A DNA stretch of 64,000 nucleotides. It comes from Cyanobacteriota bacterium (lineage in GTDB: Bacteria > Cyanobacteriota > Cyanobacteriia > PCC-6307 > Cyanobiaceae). Positions 30,867 through 41,410 of the stretch are shown one piece after another. The notes beneath the pieces were generated by a model that did not search any database, had not been told where the DNA came from, and saw only the letters and a program-made list of their open reading frames with translations. Location: NCBI GenBank assembly GCA_046052125.1, contig JBJOMY010000007.1:1-64000 (forward strand), read 5' to 3'. Every line of letters starts with the position of its first letter. Positions within the stretch are counted from its first letter, which is position 1. Made by a program: the position numbers and the translations under genes.

Positions 30867-31618
30867 ACAAGCCCGTGCAGGCGATGAAACGGGCCCTGCG
30901 GCGGCGCCGCAAACCGGCTGAGCCACCGGCGCTGCTGCGCACACCGCGCCCGAGCCTCACCTACCGGCTGGTGAGCTACCTGCTGGTGTTCCCGATCTAC
31001 CGGCTGCTCTTCCGCGGCCGCACCGCCGGCAACGCCAACGTGCCCCAAGAGGGTGCCCTGGTGGTGGTGGCCAACCACGGATCCCACCTCGATCCCCCAC
31101 TTCTGGGTCACGCTCTGGGCCGCCCGGTGGCCTTCATGGCCAAGGCGGAACTGTTTCGAATCCCCGTGCTCGGGCCGATCATCCGCGCCTGCGGCGCCTA
31201 CCCCGTGGCCCGCGGCGCCAGCGATCGAGAAGCGATCCGCACCGCCACCGACCGGCTCGAGCAGGGCTGGGCCACCGGCGTGTTCATTGATGGCACCCGC
31301 CAGGCCGATGGCCGGGTGAACAACCCCCAGCCGGGCGCCGCCCTATTGGCAGCCCGCGCCGGGGTGCCGCTGCTGCCCGTGGCGATCATCAACAGCCACC
31401 GAGCCCTCGGCACCGGATCCAAACAGCCGCGGCTGGTGCCTGTGCACATCCGCATCGGCACGCCCATCCCGCCACCGGCCTCCCGCAAACGGGCCGACCT
31501 CGATGCCGCCACCGCGGCCTGCCAGGCCCAGATCAACGCCCTGCTGGAGCAGGGACTGATCAGCGGCCCGGCGCTTGCTCCAGCAGCGGAGCGAACCGCG
31601 CTGCCGCCCAGCTCCTGA
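30863..31618 (+). CDS. plsC: 1-acyl-sn-glycerol-3-phosphate acyltransferase
   Basis: NHGSHLD (NHxxxxD), FMAKAELF, FIDGTR. Confidence 0.92.
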   Translation: MNKPVQAMKRALRRRRKPAEPPALLRTPRPSLTYRLVSYLLVFPIYRLLFRGRTAGNANVPQEGALVVVANHGSHLDPPLLGHALGRPVAFMAKAELFRIPVLGPIIRACGAYPVARGASDREAIRTATDRLEQGWATGVFIDGTRQADGRVNNPQPGAALLAARAGVPLLPVAIINSHRALGTGSKQPRLVPVHIRIGTPIPPPASRKRADLDAATAACQAQINALLEQGLISGPALAPAAERTALPPSS

Positions 31619-32231
31619 GATCACGGCCCGTGAGCACCCAAAGGGCGGCCCGGGCGCCATCGCCCCAGATCTTGCGCCAACCCTCCGGCTGACAGCGCTC
31701 ACCGCAAGTCACGGCCACAGGCGTGAGGCCGATGCCGCGGCTGCCTGCCACCAGCCGCCCCACGAGCATCGCCCGCTCCATGTGGTCGCTGCTCGTCACC
31801 AAGAGCACATGGCGCACCTTGGCGCGCTTGAGCTCGTCCACGATCGAGGTGAAGTTGGTGAGCGTGTCGGTGGCGCGGTAATCGAGCTGAACCCTTCCGG
31901 CATCAAGGCCCTGGCGGCCGAACAGCCAGTGGGCATATTCGGGATTGCTGCCTCCGCTCACCAGCACCGGCAAGCCGTCGCGGCGAGCCAGCTCGCCGGC
32001 CACGCGCTCGCGCTCCACATCACCGCCGAGCACCAGGATCATTTGAGGCGGCGGCAACGGGGGCTGCCAGAGCCCCCGCGACAGCACCACCAGACCACCG
32101 GCCGCCAAGAGCGCCAGCAACCAGCGGCCCCGGCTGGGCCGCCGGCGCGGCGAACGCGTCTTGGGGCGCGGGCGCCGGCGAGGCGTCTGGCGCTGAGTGG
32201 GAACCGAGCGGCGGCGGACCGGCTCAGCCAT
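31560..32231 (-). CDS. YdcF/DUF218 family protein
   Basis: ILVLGG, VSGGSN, ATDTLTNF, LVTSSDHMERA. Confidence 0.85.
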   Translation of the reverse strand: MAEPVRRRSVPTQRQTPRRRPRPKTRSPRRRPSRGRWLLALLAAGGLVVLSRGLWQPPLPPPQMILVLGGDVERERVAGELARRDGLPVLVSGGSNPEYAHWLFGRQGLDAGRVQLDYRATDTLTNFTSIVDELKRAKVRHVLLVTSSDHMERAMLVGRLVAGSRGIGLTPVAVTCGERCQPEGWRKIWGDGARAALWVLTGRDLRSWAAARFAPLLEQAPGR

Positions 32232-32872
32232 CACAAGCCCTCCACCGGACTAGTGGGGTAGAGGGGAAGCACCGGTGCCCAGGGGCCTTCCAGCCCCGCC
32301 GCATGGGCCAATTGCCCAAGCTCGAGCAGCTGCAGGGCGTCAGCCTCAGGATCCACCAGCGCTGCTTCCCTGGGATCGCTGCCACCCCAGGCTTCTTGGG
32401 CGGGGATCAGCCTGGGCTGCTCCAGCTCTGCAACACCGCCTAACGCGCGGGGATCGACGCCGTAACAACCCACCACGCTGCCGCGCCGGGGCAGCACCTG
32501 CTCGAGCCAGATCCGCTCACAGCCGGCCATGGCGGCGCCGGGTGCCACCAGCCGCCGCGCCATCAACAAAAAGCTGCTGAAGCCATGCAGAGGAATCTGC
32601 AGCTGCTGCGCCAGGGTGCGGGCGAACACCACCGTGAGCCGGGTGCCGGTGAAACCACCCGGGCCAGTCGCCACCACCAAACGCCCGATCTGCGGCCAGT
32701 GCTCGGCGGGCAGCAGCTGTTCCACGCAGGGGAGCAGTTCATTGGACAGGCGGCGGCCCAAAAGGAAACTCGCCACCTGAGCAGACGCGCCAGACGGGCC
32801 AAGGGGCTGCAGAGCCACGCCAAGGGTCTCGCTCGAGCTGTGCAGAGCCAGCAACAGGGGCTCAGCACTCAT
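32231..32872 (-). CDS. tsaB: tRNA t6A biosynthesis protein TsaB
   Basis: LALHSSS, VATGPGGFTGTR, C-terminal PLYP. Confidence 0.9.
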   Translation of the reverse strand: MSAEPLLLALHSSSETLGVALQPLGPSGASAQVASFLLGRRLSNELLPCVEQLLPAEHWPQIGRLVVATGPGGFTGTRLTVVFARTLAQQLQIPLHGFSSFLLMARRLVAPGAAMAGCERIWLEQVLPRRGSVVGCYGVDPRALGGVAELEQPRLIPAQEAWGGSDPREAALVDPEADALQLLELGQLAHAAGLEGPWAPVLPLYPTSPVEGL

Positions 32873-33120
32873 GTGGGCACCACCTGATCAGGGCAGAGCC
32901 GCTGCCAGCGGCCGCGATCGAGGGCAAAACTGCCGCAGCTGCGTACATCCCACTCCACGCCCACCTGATCACCAGGCAGATCGAGCACCTGCACATGAAT
33001 CCTGGGCTGCTCGGGCACGAAGACGGGGGCATCGCTGAGATGGGGCACCCCATGCTGACGCTCCACCGCGTGGTAGGCCTGGCACTGGTCGACCCAGCGG
33101 CAATCCACGCAGATGCACAT
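32869..33120 (-). CDS. ycf34: Ycf34 family Fe-S protein
   Basis: MCICVDCRWVDQCQAYHAVERQH, EWDVRSCGSF; 83 aa (the ORF track extends it upstream). Confidence 0.92.
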   Translation of the reverse strand: MCICVDCRWVDQCQAYHAVERQHGVPHLSDAPVFVPEQPRIHVQVLDLPGDQVGVEWDVRSCGSFALDRGRWQRLCPDQVVPT

Positions 33121-34411
33121 GCCCGGCGCCGCAGCGGAAAGGGCCATTGTGACCCCTGCTCTGGCAGCGCAACTGGCCTGGCAGCGGCTGCAGCCCGAAG
33201 GCTGGCCCCTGCCCCGCCAGGCCTTTCCCGAGGGGTCCGCATTGGTGGGTGGAGCCGTGCGGGATGCGCTCCTGAATCGCCTGGGCCCAGCTCCTGATCT
33301 GGATCTGGTGGTGGAGGGTGATGCCATCGCGCTCTGCCGCCAGCTCAGCCGCCGCCATGGGGGCACGGCCGTGGTGCTGGATGGCGAACGCTCGATCGCT
33401 CGGCTGGTGATCCAAGGCTGGAGCGTGGATGTGGCCCGCCGGGAAGGCACGAGCTTGGAAGCCGATCTGCATCGGCGCGATTACACGGTCAACGCCATGG
33501 CCCTGCCGCTGGCGGAACCCTCTCAGCTGGTGGATCCCCTTCAGGGCCTTACGCATCTCGGCCAGGGCGTGCTGGTGGCTGTGGCAGAGCGCAACCTGCT
33601 GGACGACCCGCTGCGGCTGCTGCGGGGCTTGAGGCTGGCGTCCGAACTCGGCTTTGAGCTCGATTCCCAGACACTGAGCTGGGTGGAACAGCACCACCAG
33701 ACCATGGCAACAGTGGCGGGAGAGCGGGTGCTGGCGGAGCTGGAGAAACTGGCGGCGGCCCCCAGCGGCGAACAGGAGCTGGCGTTGTGTCTGCACCTGG
33801 GCCTGCTCAACCCATGGCGCCAAACCATTGCTGCCCAGGAGGAAGACACCGGCGCCACCCTGCTCAGCCGCTGCAGTGAACCTTCAGCCCTAGCGCTGGG
33901 GCTGAGCCAGGCCGAACAGGCCCAGGCGCTGCCGCTGGCTCGCCTGGCAGCCGCCCTCGATGGGCCCTCGCTGCAGCACTTGCGCAGCAGCCGCAAACTG
34001 CAGCAGCGGCTGAACGTGCTGCGGCGCTGGCAGCAACAGCTGGGAGCCACCGTCCCCTGGACAGCGGCCGAAGCATTGCCAGAGGGCGAACGACTCCAAC
34101 TGCACCGCGAGCTGGAAGCGGATCTGCCGGCGCTGCTGCTGGGCTGGCCTGAGACAGTCGCTCAGCCCTGGCTGGAGCGTTGGCGCCACAGCGACGACCC
34201 GCTCTTTCACCCGAGGCCTGCAATCGATGGCAGCAGCCTGCAGCGGGAGCTGGGGATCCCGGCCTCACCCGCCCTGGGCCAGCTGCTCCTGCATCTGATG
34301 CAGGAGCAAGCGTTTGGTCGCCTGCAAGGCCGCAGCGATGCACTGCAGATCGCCAGAAATTGGCTCAGATCAACTGAGCGCTGTAGCGAAAGGGCACCGC
34401 GGCGTGATTAA
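33119..34411 (+). CDS. Class II tRNA nucleotidyltransferase, probably CC-adding
   Basis: VGGAVRD..DLDL, RRDYTVNAMA, DDPLRLLR; short loop before RRD; start uncertain (33119/33149). Confidence 0.85.
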   Translation: MPGAAAERAIVTPALAAQLAWQRLQPEGWPLPRQAFPEGSALVGGAVRDALLNRLGPAPDLDLVVEGDAIALCRQLSRRHGGTAVVLDGERSIARLVIQGWSVDVARREGTSLEADLHRRDYTVNAMALPLAEPSQLVDPLQGLTHLGQGVLVAVAERNLLDDPLRLLRGLRLASELGFELDSQTLSWVEQHHQTMATVAGERVLAELEKLAAAPSGEQELALCLHLGLLNPWRQTIAAQEEDTGATLLSRCSEPSALALGLSQAEQAQALPLARLAAALDGPSLQHLRSSRKLQQRLNVLRRWQQQLGATVPWTAAEALPEGERLQLHRELEADLPALLLGWPETVAQPWLERWRHSDDPLFHPRPAIDGSSLQRELGIPASPALGQLLLHLMQEQAFGRLQGRSDALQIARNWLRSTERCSERAPRRD

Positions 34412-34615
34412 CTTCCTACGCAAAGGCGTTTAAGACGACCTGATTCGCGCCAGTTCGGACGCTGAGATCTCGCCAGTTCGGTTAACAGCCTTGAAACGCT
34501 CTTCCCTAGTACTGCAATCGCAGTGCTCTGTTGAAGTGCAGGCTTCGGCCAACTGCGTGATTGCCGCCCGATAGGCCAGAACACGTTTTTCCATCTCTTC
34601 CCTCTCCCTTTTCCC

Positions 34616-35044
34616 ATGAGCGTTCGTTTGTACGTTGGCAACCTGCCCCAGAGCTTTGATGCCAAAGAGCTCGACGCTCTGTTCACCAGCGTGGGTGAGG
34701 GCATCCGTTTCAAGGCGGTGCAAGACCGTGAGACCGGCGCTGGCCGCGGTTTCGGCTTCGCCAACGTGGACGACGAGAAAGTGGCTGATGCTGTGATCGA
34801 GCAGCTCAACGGCCGTGAGTTCGGCGGCAACGCGCTGCGCATCGAACGCTCCGAGCGCCGCGATGAGCGCCGCGGCAACGATCGCCGTCCCGGCGGTGCA
34901 CCGGGCACCCCGGCTGTAGCCCGCAAGGCTGTCAACAAGGTGGTGCACCGCGACACCGTTGAGGAAGGCGCACCCGATCCCCGCTGGGCCGGCGAACTGG
35001 CCAAGCTCAAGGGCCTGCTCGACAACCAAAAGGCGGCGGTTTGA
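34616..35044 (+). CDS. RRM RNA-binding protein (Rbp3-like)
   Basis: RNP2 LYVGNL, RNP1 RGFGFA, C-terminal PDPRWAGELAKLK. Confidence 0.9.
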   Translation: MSVRLYVGNLPQSFDAKELDALFTSVGEGIRFKAVQDRETGAGRGFGFANVDDEKVADAVIEQLNGREFGGNALRIERSERRDERRGNDRRPGGAPGTPAVARKAVNKVVHRDTVEEGAPDPRWAGELAKLKGLLDNQKAAV

Positions 35045-35051
35045 AGCAGTG

Positions 35052-35987
35052 ATGCAGGAGCTGTGCTGGACCTGGCGCGGCTTCAGCATCAGCTACTGCC
35101 ACATCAATGCAATGGCCAACGGCTCTCCTTCTGGGAGGGCCGTTCTTTGTATCCATGGGTTCGGAGCCTCCAAAGGGCACTGGCGCCACAACCTGGGGCC
35201 GCTATCGCAGGACACATCGGTTTATGCAATTGATCTGCTGGGCTTTGGTCACAGCAGCAAACCGATCTCCTGCCTCAGCGGTGAAGCCGAGATCCCTGGA
35301 GGTGTGCGCTACTGCTTTGATCTATGGGCCGAGCAGATCCGGGATTTCTGCATCGACGTGATCGGCATCGATGCCAAGTGCGAGCTGCAGCTGATTGGTA
35401 ATTCCATCGGCGGCGTGGTGGCCCTCAACGCCACCCGCCTGCTGGAAACCAGCGGCCACGCTCCCAAGCAAGTGATTTTGATCGACTGCGCCCAACGGGA
35501 ACTCGATCTCAAACGCCTGAACGAGCAGCCCTGGGCAGCTCAGATCGGCAGGCCCCTGCTGATGGCCGTGGTGCGCCAACGCTGGCTGATCCGCAGCCTC
35601 TTTCAGATCCTCGCGCGGCGCCCATTTGTGCGCAGCGTGCTCAAACAGGCCTACCCCAGCGGACAGAACGTTGATGACGAGCTGGTGGACCTGTTGGTGG
35701 GTCCCAGCCGAGAGCCTGGCGCCACCGAGAGCTTCCGGGGCTTCGTGAATCTGTTTGATGACTGGCTGGCCCCGCAACTGCTGGCCCAGATCCAGACACC
35801 TGTTCGTTTGTTGTGGGGCGAAGCGGATCCGTGGGAGCCAGCGCCAGAAGCCCGGCGCTGGGCCCAAAACTACAGCTGCATCCAGGAGCTGCAAGTACTC
35901 CCAGGGCTGGGCCATTGCCCCCACGACGAAGGCCCTGAGCAGGTGAACCCAATCCTGCTGGCGTGGCTCCAGCTGGCTTGGAGCTGA
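35052..35987 (+). CDS. Alpha/beta hydrolase
   Basis: IHGFGA, DLLGFGHS, GNSIGG nucleophile elbow, WGEADPW, GHCPHDE. Confidence 0.9.
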   Translation: MQELCWTWRGFSISYCHINAMANGSPSGRAVLCIHGFGASKGHWRHNLGPLSQDTSVYAIDLLGFGHSSKPISCLSGEAEIPGGVRYCFDLWAEQIRDFCIDVIGIDAKCELQLIGNSIGGVVALNATRLLETSGHAPKQVILIDCAQRELDLKRLNEQPWAAQIGRPLLMAVVRQRWLIRSLFQILARRPFVRSVLKQAYPSGQNVDDELVDLLVGPSREPGATESFRGFVNLFDDWLAPQLLAQIQTPVRLLWGEADPWEPAPEARRWAQNYSCIQELQVLPGLGHCPHDEGPEQVNPILLAWLQLAWS

Positions 35988-36008
35988 TCAAGCAGGTTGG
36001 CGCCTAAG

Positions 36009-36935
36009 TCAGCGGGCCTGAGCGATCACAAACGAGCGCGGCAAATCGAGAAACTTGCCGGATGTGGGCACATAGGCGCGGTTGTTGAACACGTCGTAAT
36101 CGAGTTCTTCGATTACATCCAGGATGCCCCGATACAGCCGCAGCGATGCCCACACAGGCCAGCGGGCATCGGGCGCAAGCCAGCGCACACCCGCTTCTGA
36201 GCGGGCAAACCACTCGCGGGCGCGGGCCACTTGGAAACGCATCAATTCGCGCCAGCTGTCATTGAGCGTGCCGGCCAGCAGCTCCCCTTCGCTGTAGCCG
36301 AAACGGGCAAGATCTTCCTGGGGGAGATAGATGCGGCCGCGGCCGCGATCTTCGCCCACATCGCGCAGGATGTTGGTGAGCTGATTGGCGATGCCAAGGG
36401 CCACGGCCGCTTCGCTGGTGTCGGGCGGATCACTCCAAGGGGCTGAGGTGTAAGCCGGATCGATCCCCATCACTTCCTGCGTCATCAGGCCAACCGTGCC
36501 GGCCACGCGGTAGCAGTAGAGCTCGAGCTGAGCGAAGTCGGCATAGCGATGGGTATGGAGATCCATGCGCATGCCCTCGATCATGTCGAGGTAGGGCTGA
36601 AGCGGCTGGGGATAGCGCTCGAGCGTGTCAAGCATCACCCGATCAAGACCATCGCGCACCTTGCCTGCAAACAGCTCACGGGTGCGCTCTTCCCAGGCAT
36701 CCAACCGCGCCGCCAACTCATCCACCGGTCTGGCCTGGGCCTCCGGGCTGTCCATCAGCTCATCGGTGCGGCGACACCACACGTAGATGGCCCAGATGGC
36801 GCGGCGCTTGGCCGGCGGCATCAGCAGGGTGCCGAGATAAAAGGTTTTGGCCCATTCCGCCGTTTCCCGGCGACAAGCCTCGTAGGCCTCCTCAAGGGAG
36901 GGCAGCGAGGTGGGCGAGGAAGGGGCTGCAACCAC
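36009..36935 (-). CDS. crtB: Phytoene synthase
   Basis: KTFYLGT, CRRTDELMD, YCYRVAGTVG, NQLTNILRDVGED. Confidence 0.97.
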   Translation of the reverse strand: MVAAPSSPTSLPSLEEAYEACRRETAEWAKTFYLGTLLMPPAKRRAIWAIYVWCRRTDELMDSPEAQARPVDELAARLDAWEERTRELFAGKVRDGLDRVMLDTLERYPQPLQPYLDMIEGMRMDLHTHRYADFAQLELYCYRVAGTVGLMTQEVMGIDPAYTSAPWSDPPDTSEAAVALGIANQLTNILRDVGEDRGRGRIYLPQEDLARFGYSEGELLAGTLNDSWRELMRFQVARAREWFARSEAGVRWLAPDARWPVWASLRLYRGILDVIEELDYDVFNNRAYVPTSGKFLDLPRSFVIAQAR

Positions 36936-36940
36936 AGGCT

Positions 36941-38431
<1,491 letters not shown>

Positions 38432-38489
38432 CTAAAGTCATGCAAGCCGGCCATTGGGTCTGCCGGCCTGTGCTGCCCTCCGCTCCACC

Positions 38490-38837
38490 ATGGCCGACAC
38501 GCTGATCAAATCCACCACCCGCCACGTGCGGATCTTCACGGCGCGTGTGGAGAACGGCCAGCTGGTGACCGATCCCCATCAGCTCACCCTCGATCTCGAC
38601 CCCGACAACGAATTTCTCTGGGACAACGCCAGCCAGGAGGCGGTGCAGCAGCGCTTCCGCGAACTGGTGGATGCCCATGCCGGCCAAGACCTCAACGACT
38701 ACACCCTGCGGCGCATCGGCTCCGAGCTGGAGGGCAAGATCCGTGAGCTGCTGCAAGCCGGCCAGCTCCGCTACAACCCGGATTGCCGGGTGCTGAATTA
38801 CTCCATGGGCCTGCCCCAGGCTCCCCAGAGCGCATGA
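38490..38837 (+). CDS. ndhM: NDH-1 subunit M
   Basis: [41 protein letters not shown]. Confidence 0.96.
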   Translation: MADTLIKSTTRHVRIFTARVENGQLVTDPHQLTLDLDPDNEFLWDNASQEAVQQRFRELVDAHAGQDLNDYTLRRIGSELEGKIRELLQAGQLRYNPDCRVLNYSMGLPQAPQSA

Positions 38838-39493
38838 CCCGATCACGCAGCGGCCGCGGCTACGACGACGATCGCTACGGCTACGCCGATGAGCGCCGGA
38901 GTCGTGATCCGCGGGGCCGCGATGCCTACGACATTCCCCGGCGTGGCGGTGGCGGGCGGCCCGGTGGGCCCGGTTCAGGTGGTGGGCCCGGCGGTGGCGG
39001 CGGCGGTTTTCAGTTCAACGTGGCGAGTATTGCGGTGCTCGCCGGCGTGATGGTGGTGGGCATTGGCATTGGCACCGGCATCTCCAGCACCACCCAGGGC
39101 GACCAAGGCAACATCGCCAGCTCGCAGCAGCTCGATATGGCGGTGCCCGATCCCGAGTTCTGCCGGCAGTGGGGTGCCAGTGCCTTCGTGATGGACATCG
39201 AGCTCTACACGACGATGAACCCCAGCACCAGCTTCGTGACCCAGCCCTCGCTCAAACCGGGCTGCGTGATCAGGCGGGAAAACTGGAGTGTGCTCCAGAA
39301 GGAAGGAGCGGTGACCGCTGAGCAGATGCGCCAGTGCAAGCAGCGCATGAACACCTTTGCCTACATCGGTTCGGTGAAGGACAAGCCTGTAGTGCGCTGC
39401 GTCTACCAGACCGACACCAGCGAGAACAAGTTCCTCACCAAGGGCATCGCTGACGACACCGTGGGCATCACCCCAGAAGCCGATCAGTTCTGA
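38834..39493 (+). CDS. DUF3172 family membrane protein
   Basis: Arg/Gly-rich N-terminus, single [33 protein letters not shown]. Confidence 0.8.
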   Translation: MTRSRSGRGYDDDRYGYADERRSRDPRGRDAYDIPRRGGGGRPGGPGSGGGPGGGGGGFQFNVASIAVLAGVMVVGIGIGTGISSTTQGDQGNIASSQQLDMAVPDPEFCRQWGASAFVMDIELYTTMNPSTSFVTQPSLKPGCVIRRENWSVLQKEGAVTAEQMRQCKQRMNTFAYIGSVKDKPVVRCVYQTDTSENKFLTKGIADDTVGITPEADQF

Positions 39494-40485
39494 TCAGCAG
39501 CTCCAGCCTCTGAGCCAGCCGGGGGCACCTGGTTCTGGAGCAGGGGCCGGCGCAGAGGGCTATCAGGGCTGGCAAACACCGGTAGCACCTCCTTGCGGAA
39601 CGCATCCGCAGCGCGCGAGCAGTAGCGGGATGGGTGGCTGATCAGCTTCAGCTGCCGCCGCACAGACAGATCAGCCAAGGCCGGACGGTGCAGGCTGCCG
39701 GCGGCCAGCTCCCGCTCGATCGACACCACCGGCAGGAACGCCGCGCCCAGGCCGCTCTGCACCGCGTTCTTGATGGCCTCAAACGAGTTGAGCTCCATCT
39801 CAATCTTCAGCCGCGATACATCCAGGCCCGATCTCGCCAACAGCTGGTCAACCATCTTGCGGGTGGTCGACTGGGCATCGAGGCAAACAAAGCCGAGGCG
39901 ATAGAGATCGTCTTTGTTCAGTTCAGGCAGCCGGGCCAGGGGATGTTTGGTGGGCAGCACCAGAGCCAGCTCATCGCTGGCGTAGGGCACCACCTGCAGC
40001 AGATCGTTGAGCTCGCTGGGCAGCTCACCGCCAATGATCGCCAGGTCGATCTGACCATTGGCCACACTCCAGCCCGTGCGGCGGGTGCTGTGCACCTGCA
40101 GCTGCACGGCCACATCGGGATATTTCTGGCGGAACAGCCCGATCATCCGAGGCATCAAATAGGTGCCCGTGGTCTGGCTCGCCCCCACCACCAGCGAGCC
40201 GCCCTTGAGGTTGTGGAGATCGTCGAGGGCGCGGCAGGCCTCCTGGCATTGGCTCAGGATCCGATCGCAGTAGCTGAGCAGCAGATGCCCCGCTTCGGTG
40301 AGCTGGGCCTTGCGGCCGCCCCGATCGAACAGCGACACATTCAGCTGCTTCTCCAGGTTCTGGATCTGCAGGCTCACCGCCGGCTGGGTGACGTACAGGC
40401 TGTCGGCCGCTTTCTTAAAGCTGCCCTCGCTGGCAATCGCCCGCAGGATGCGCAGCTGATCGAGGGTGAAGGGCAGATCAGCCAT
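39484..40485 (-). CDS. rbcR: LysR-family regulator RbcR/Ycf30
   Basis: [46 protein letters not shown]. Confidence 0.92.
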   Translation of the reverse strand: MADLPFTLDQLRILRAIASEGSFKKAADSLYVTQPAVSLQIQNLEKQLNVSLFDRGGRKAQLTEAGHLLLSYCDRILSQCQEACRALDDLHNLKGGSLVVGASQTTGTYLMPRMIGLFRQKYPDVAVQLQVHSTRRTGWSVANGQIDLAIIGGELPSELNDLLQVVPYASDELALVLPTKHPLARLPELNKDDLYRLGFVCLDAQSTTRKMVDQLLARSGLDVSRLKIEMELNSFEAIKNAVQSGLGAAFLPVVSIERELAAGSLHRPALADLSVRRQLKLISHPSRYCSRAADAFRKEVLPVFASPDSPLRRPLLQNQVPPAGSEAGAADQN

Positions 40486-40617
40486 TGCTCTGGAGAATCC
40501 AGCGTCGCCCCAAGGCGCAGCGGCAGTCGTTGCTGAACTCTAGGGGCAGGAAGCCTGCTCCTGGTCTGGCGGCATCAATCGTCAGAATCGAAAGCCCTCT
40601 TGCCGCAGCAACCCGAG

Positions 40618-41352
40618 ATGCCCAGCTCACCGCACCACAGCAGCTGGGTGATGTTGGCGCTGTTGCTGGGCTTTGCCGTACTCCACAGCGGCGGTGCTTC
40701 CCTGCGCTATTGGGGTGTGGAGCGGATTGGCGAACGGGCCTGGCGGCTGCTGTTTGCGGCGGTGAGCATCCCCTCGGCGGTGGTGGTGATCGGCTATTTC
40801 CTCGCCCACCGCTACGACGGCCTGCGCCTTTGGAACCTGCAGGAGCAGCCCTGGATCATCCCGGTGGTGTGGGTGGGCACCGCCATCAGCTTTCTCTTTC
40901 TCTATCCAGCCACTTACAACCTGCTGGAGATCCCGGCCGTGCTCAAGCCGCAGGTGCGGATGTACGCCACCGGGATCATCCGCATCAGCCGCCATCCCCA
41001 GGCGATCGGCCAGATCCTCTGGTGCTGCACCCATCTGCTCTGGATCGGCAGCAGCTTCATGGTGGCCACCTGTGCGGGCTTGATCGCCCATCACTTGTTT
41101 GCCATCTGGAATGGCGATCGGCGCCTCAGCAATCGCTTCGGCGCTGCTTTTGAGGAACTCAAGGCGAACACCTCGGTGATCCCGTTCCAAGCGGTGATCG
41201 ACGGACGCCAGCAGCTCCAGCTCAGCGAATTTCTGCGGCCCGCCCAGCTGGGAATCGTGATCGCGGTGGGCGTGTTCTGGTGGGCCCACCGCTTCATTGG
41301 CACCGGAGCCGTGGCCTTCAGCCGCACGGGGCTGGCCCACTGGCTGGGGTAG
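40618..41352 (+). CDS. NnrU-family protein, 15-cis-zeta-carotene isomerase (Z-ISO)-like
   Basis: FAVLHSGGASLR, HRYDG, YPATYNLLE, GIIRISRHPQ, GDRRL. Confidence 0.85.
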   Translation: MPSSPHHSSWVMLALLLGFAVLHSGGASLRYWGVERIGERAWRLLFAAVSIPSAVVVIGYFLAHRYDGLRLWNLQEQPWIIPVVWVGTAISFLFLYPATYNLLEIPAVLKPQVRMYATGIIRISRHPQAIGQILWCCTHLLWIGSSFMVATCAGLIAHHLFAIWNGDRRLSNRFGAAFEELKANTSVIPFQAVIDGRQQLQLSEFLRPAQLGIVIAVGVFWWAHRFIGTGAVAFSRTGLAHWLG

Positions 41353-41410
41353 CTGCGCAGGAAAGCGCCCTGAGGGCTGCCTACACTCGCCCTGACTGCT
41401 CCACCGCCGG

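Noticed and set aside
33121..33450. N-terminal extension of ycf34 in the ORF track
   Set aside because: Antisense to the nucleotidyltransferase; Ycf34 begins at MCIC (33120).
38834..39010. Arg/Gly-rich low-complexity N-terminus of the DUF3172 protein
   Set aside because: Looks like an ordinary variable disordered tail; no discrete repeat unit.
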